DNA of 53,027 nucleotides, filler included, from Bipalium vagum (Eukaryota), in assembly GCA_037834085.1 (NCBI GenBank). It is 3 parts of 3 records of this genome, joined end to end, with 100 filler letters (N's around TTAATTAATTAA, not from the genome) between each part and the next. Parts side by side here need not be neighbours in the genome. Positions count along the whole stretch, not along the records: positions 36,292 to 53,027 come from JBBMKC010096202.1; 2 more parts are not named here. One strand, written 5' to 3'. A model generated the notes under the pieces. It saw only the letters and a program-made list of their open reading frames with translations. It did no database searches and had not been told where the DNA came from. A program made the position numbers and the translations under genes. This document shows positions 50,730 through 53,027 of this stretch, piece after piece. The first letter of the stretch is position 1; every line of letters starts with the position of its first letter.

Positions 50730-51988
50730 TTGGCTTGATTCATAAGTTCTTGAGTTTTTCTTATATAAACTTTAAAAGCAAATTTTAAATATATTATTTG
50801 TTTAAATATTAACATATTTCACACCATTTGAAAGATGAGAAAGAGACGCATAAGATACTTTTAATTATAATTATTTTCAGAAAAAAAAAGCATGGATAAA
50901 TTAACAATCCGCATACTTCAAAAACATTACTGGAAGCAGAATTCCAGAGCCATAGATGCTGCAAAGAAAATATGTGAAGTAGAAGGTGACAAATCAGTGT
51001 CCATAAAAGCTGCTCAAAAGTGGTTCAAAATATTCAACAAGGGTGGCATAGACCTCAATGATTATCCTCGTAATGGATGTCAAACCCCTGTAAATTCGGA
51101 AGCTATTTTTAAAGCCGTAGAAATGAATCCATCAAATAGTACGCGTAGATTGTCGGCTGATACCGGAACATCACAACCATCCGTGGTTCGACATCTACAT
51201 CAACATAACAAGCGCGTTTCTGAAGTATTGCATGATTTGACGCCAAGTCAAACTGAACGCCGTTTGTCGAACTGTCGTCAATTATTAAATAATCCAAATA
51301 ATCCAAATGCGCTTTATACGTCGTATAGTCAAGTGCGAAAAAAAATTGATATATATTTATAAATCAAACAGGAGAAATTATTGGTTGGAACCAGGCCAGA
51401 AGCTCAAGGCTGTTCCAAAACAAGATAGGTTTTGAAAAAAGATCATCTGTGGTGGAACTTTGAGAGGATTATACACTTCGAAGTATTTCCAGATGACCAA
51501 ACCATTACTGCTGAGTTATATTCTGCTCAACCCAATCGGATGTTCCAACAATTAGCCATAAAATATCATGCTTTATTCAACAGAAAGCGGGTGCTTCTGC
51601 AACTGGATAATGTTCGTCCGCTTACTGCGCTTGTAACGCTAAATAAAATTACCCAATTAGAAGGAATTGAAATTTTACCACATCCTGCATTCAGATCAGA
51701 TCTAGCACCCAGTGATTACCACTTTAACCGATCAATGGTTCATTTCCTTAGAGAACGACAGTTTGAGTATATACTACAGATTGAAAATTGATTTCGTGAA
51801 TTTTTCCTTTCCAAAGATAAAGCATGGTACAGGAGTAGCATCGAACAACTTGACCATCGTTGGATTAAGACAGTTGAACATAATGATCTTTATTTTTCTG
51901 AAAAAAAATTGTTTGATTGTTAGATTCTTATCTCTAAAACATGCATAATTTTTTCATTAAAAACGCACGAACTTATGAATCAACTCAA
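50730..51988 (+). mobile_element. Near-full-length mariner transposon with frameshifted transposase (50892 to about 51900)
   Basis: Imperfect ~29-bp TIRs (ttggcttgattcataagttcttgagtttt / aaaacgcacgaacttatgaatcaactcaa) flanked by TA on both sides. HTH region AAKKICEVEGD..AQKWFKIFNKG and catalytic motifs QLDNVRP, HPAFRSDLAPSDYHF are present. Length is 1259 bp. Confidence 0.95.
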
Positions 51989-52929
51989 TAAATAAAATAC
52001 CGATACATATTTTTCATATAATAAATCGCCGTTGATCGTTTATGGTAACTTTTCTTGTAAGAGATTTTGCTTTGCATTCTTGAGTATTAAATAAGACTTC
52101 GAGCTATAAATATTGGTGTCCAAGAATACTATTATTTTCTGTCCGATTTTAATTGTTCTCCATTTTCATTAAACTACTGAATATCGTAATTTCGTCTGGA
52201 GTATACCTGATATAATGACAATCTTTCGTCATTTAATTTTACTTTTGATTTATTTATCATTTTACTTGCAACTGTCCATTGTGCCGCTCAACACGTTTGA
52301 AGAGGGATATTTTTAGTTCAGTTTTTCAATATAAAATTTTTTATCTGACACAAATTGGGTAATTTTAAAAAAAATGCAGATTGATTACCATTTAGTAAAC
52401 TAAATTATTATAAATTTATAAAGGTGCACGCTAAAAAATATTTATGAAATCATCAAATTTGACCGTCTACTACCATCCTCTTGACATGATCCTATCTCGA
52501 ACTAGAAACATCGAAGATAAATGGTATTTAATTGTTCTATTTTTGCATTTTCTAATCTTCAATTATGGATTTATTTCTCTTTTTTCAATTTTTTATTGTT
52601 TTTTTCAGAAGAAAATTAAATATATTAATAATACTTATATTAATAGTAACAGTAATAATAATGATAGTATTATTATCACTAATGGGGAAGTATGTACGAA
52701 TAATGAATCTGAGAATATTGTGCTTTGATGTACATCAAAATAATACTTCTGGAATATTACTCTATCAAAAGCAAATTTACAAAAGATTGTTTGAAAGTTT
52801 TAGAAGTTATGATTTGTCGTGGAAACTAAATAAAGTCCTGTACAAAACTGGAAACAGTACAGTATTTAAACAAATTTCATCATTTCAACATACAATCAAT
52901 TTTTAAAATTATCTTTAAATCTTAATCAT

Positions 52930-53027
52930 GTATTCCCCAGTTATCAAACATTTCAAAAATGGTTCATCTTTGTTACGCTTTAAAAGATATTCACAAGTAT
53001 TCATGCGTACCAGTAATTGTGATTCGG
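52930..53027 (-). mobile_element. Mariner fragment running off the window end
   Basis: Minus strand ESQLLVRMNTCEYLLKRNKDEPFLKCLITGE. Confidence 0.8.

Noticed and set aside
52444-52906. Overlapping 94- and 113-aa ORFs
   Set aside because: Low-complexity N/I/F-rich translations across an AT island.

Overview
This is a very AT-rich (roughly 20-25% GC by eye) eukaryotic, metazoan window made of three contigs joined by two artificial 100-nt spacers (N44-TTAATTAATTAA-N44). Two host genes are recognisable, both on the minus strand. One is a complete five-exon ARMT1/DUF89 gene (469 aa; introns of 44, 46, 47 and 2121 nt). The other is the first coding exon (RING + two B-boxes) of a TRIM9/TRIM67-like ligase, whose remaining exons I could not find. 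Most of the rest is a mosaic of decayed transposons: many mariner/Tc1 pieces, one near-complete mariner with TIRs, hAT-Charlie elements, and LINE and possible Gypsy fragments. The most unusual signals are four. (1) TAA/TTA/TAAT-rich islands recur quasi-periodically about every 0.6-1 kb, separated by A/T-tract DNA, and many TE fragments start, stop or insert at them; this looks like a modular genome architecture, possibly linked to programmed DNA breakage or elimination. (2) A miniature LTR retroelement has LTRs built around a tRNA-Ala-like gene and an Arg-tRNA primer-binding site. (3) Three paralogous 59-73 aa micro-ORFs share an upstream ATTTGTTT motif. (4) A perfect 57-bp duplication brackets a TAA-rich insert. 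The organism's identity (a compact-intron parasitic spiralian such as a dicyemid or orthonectid) is inference only.
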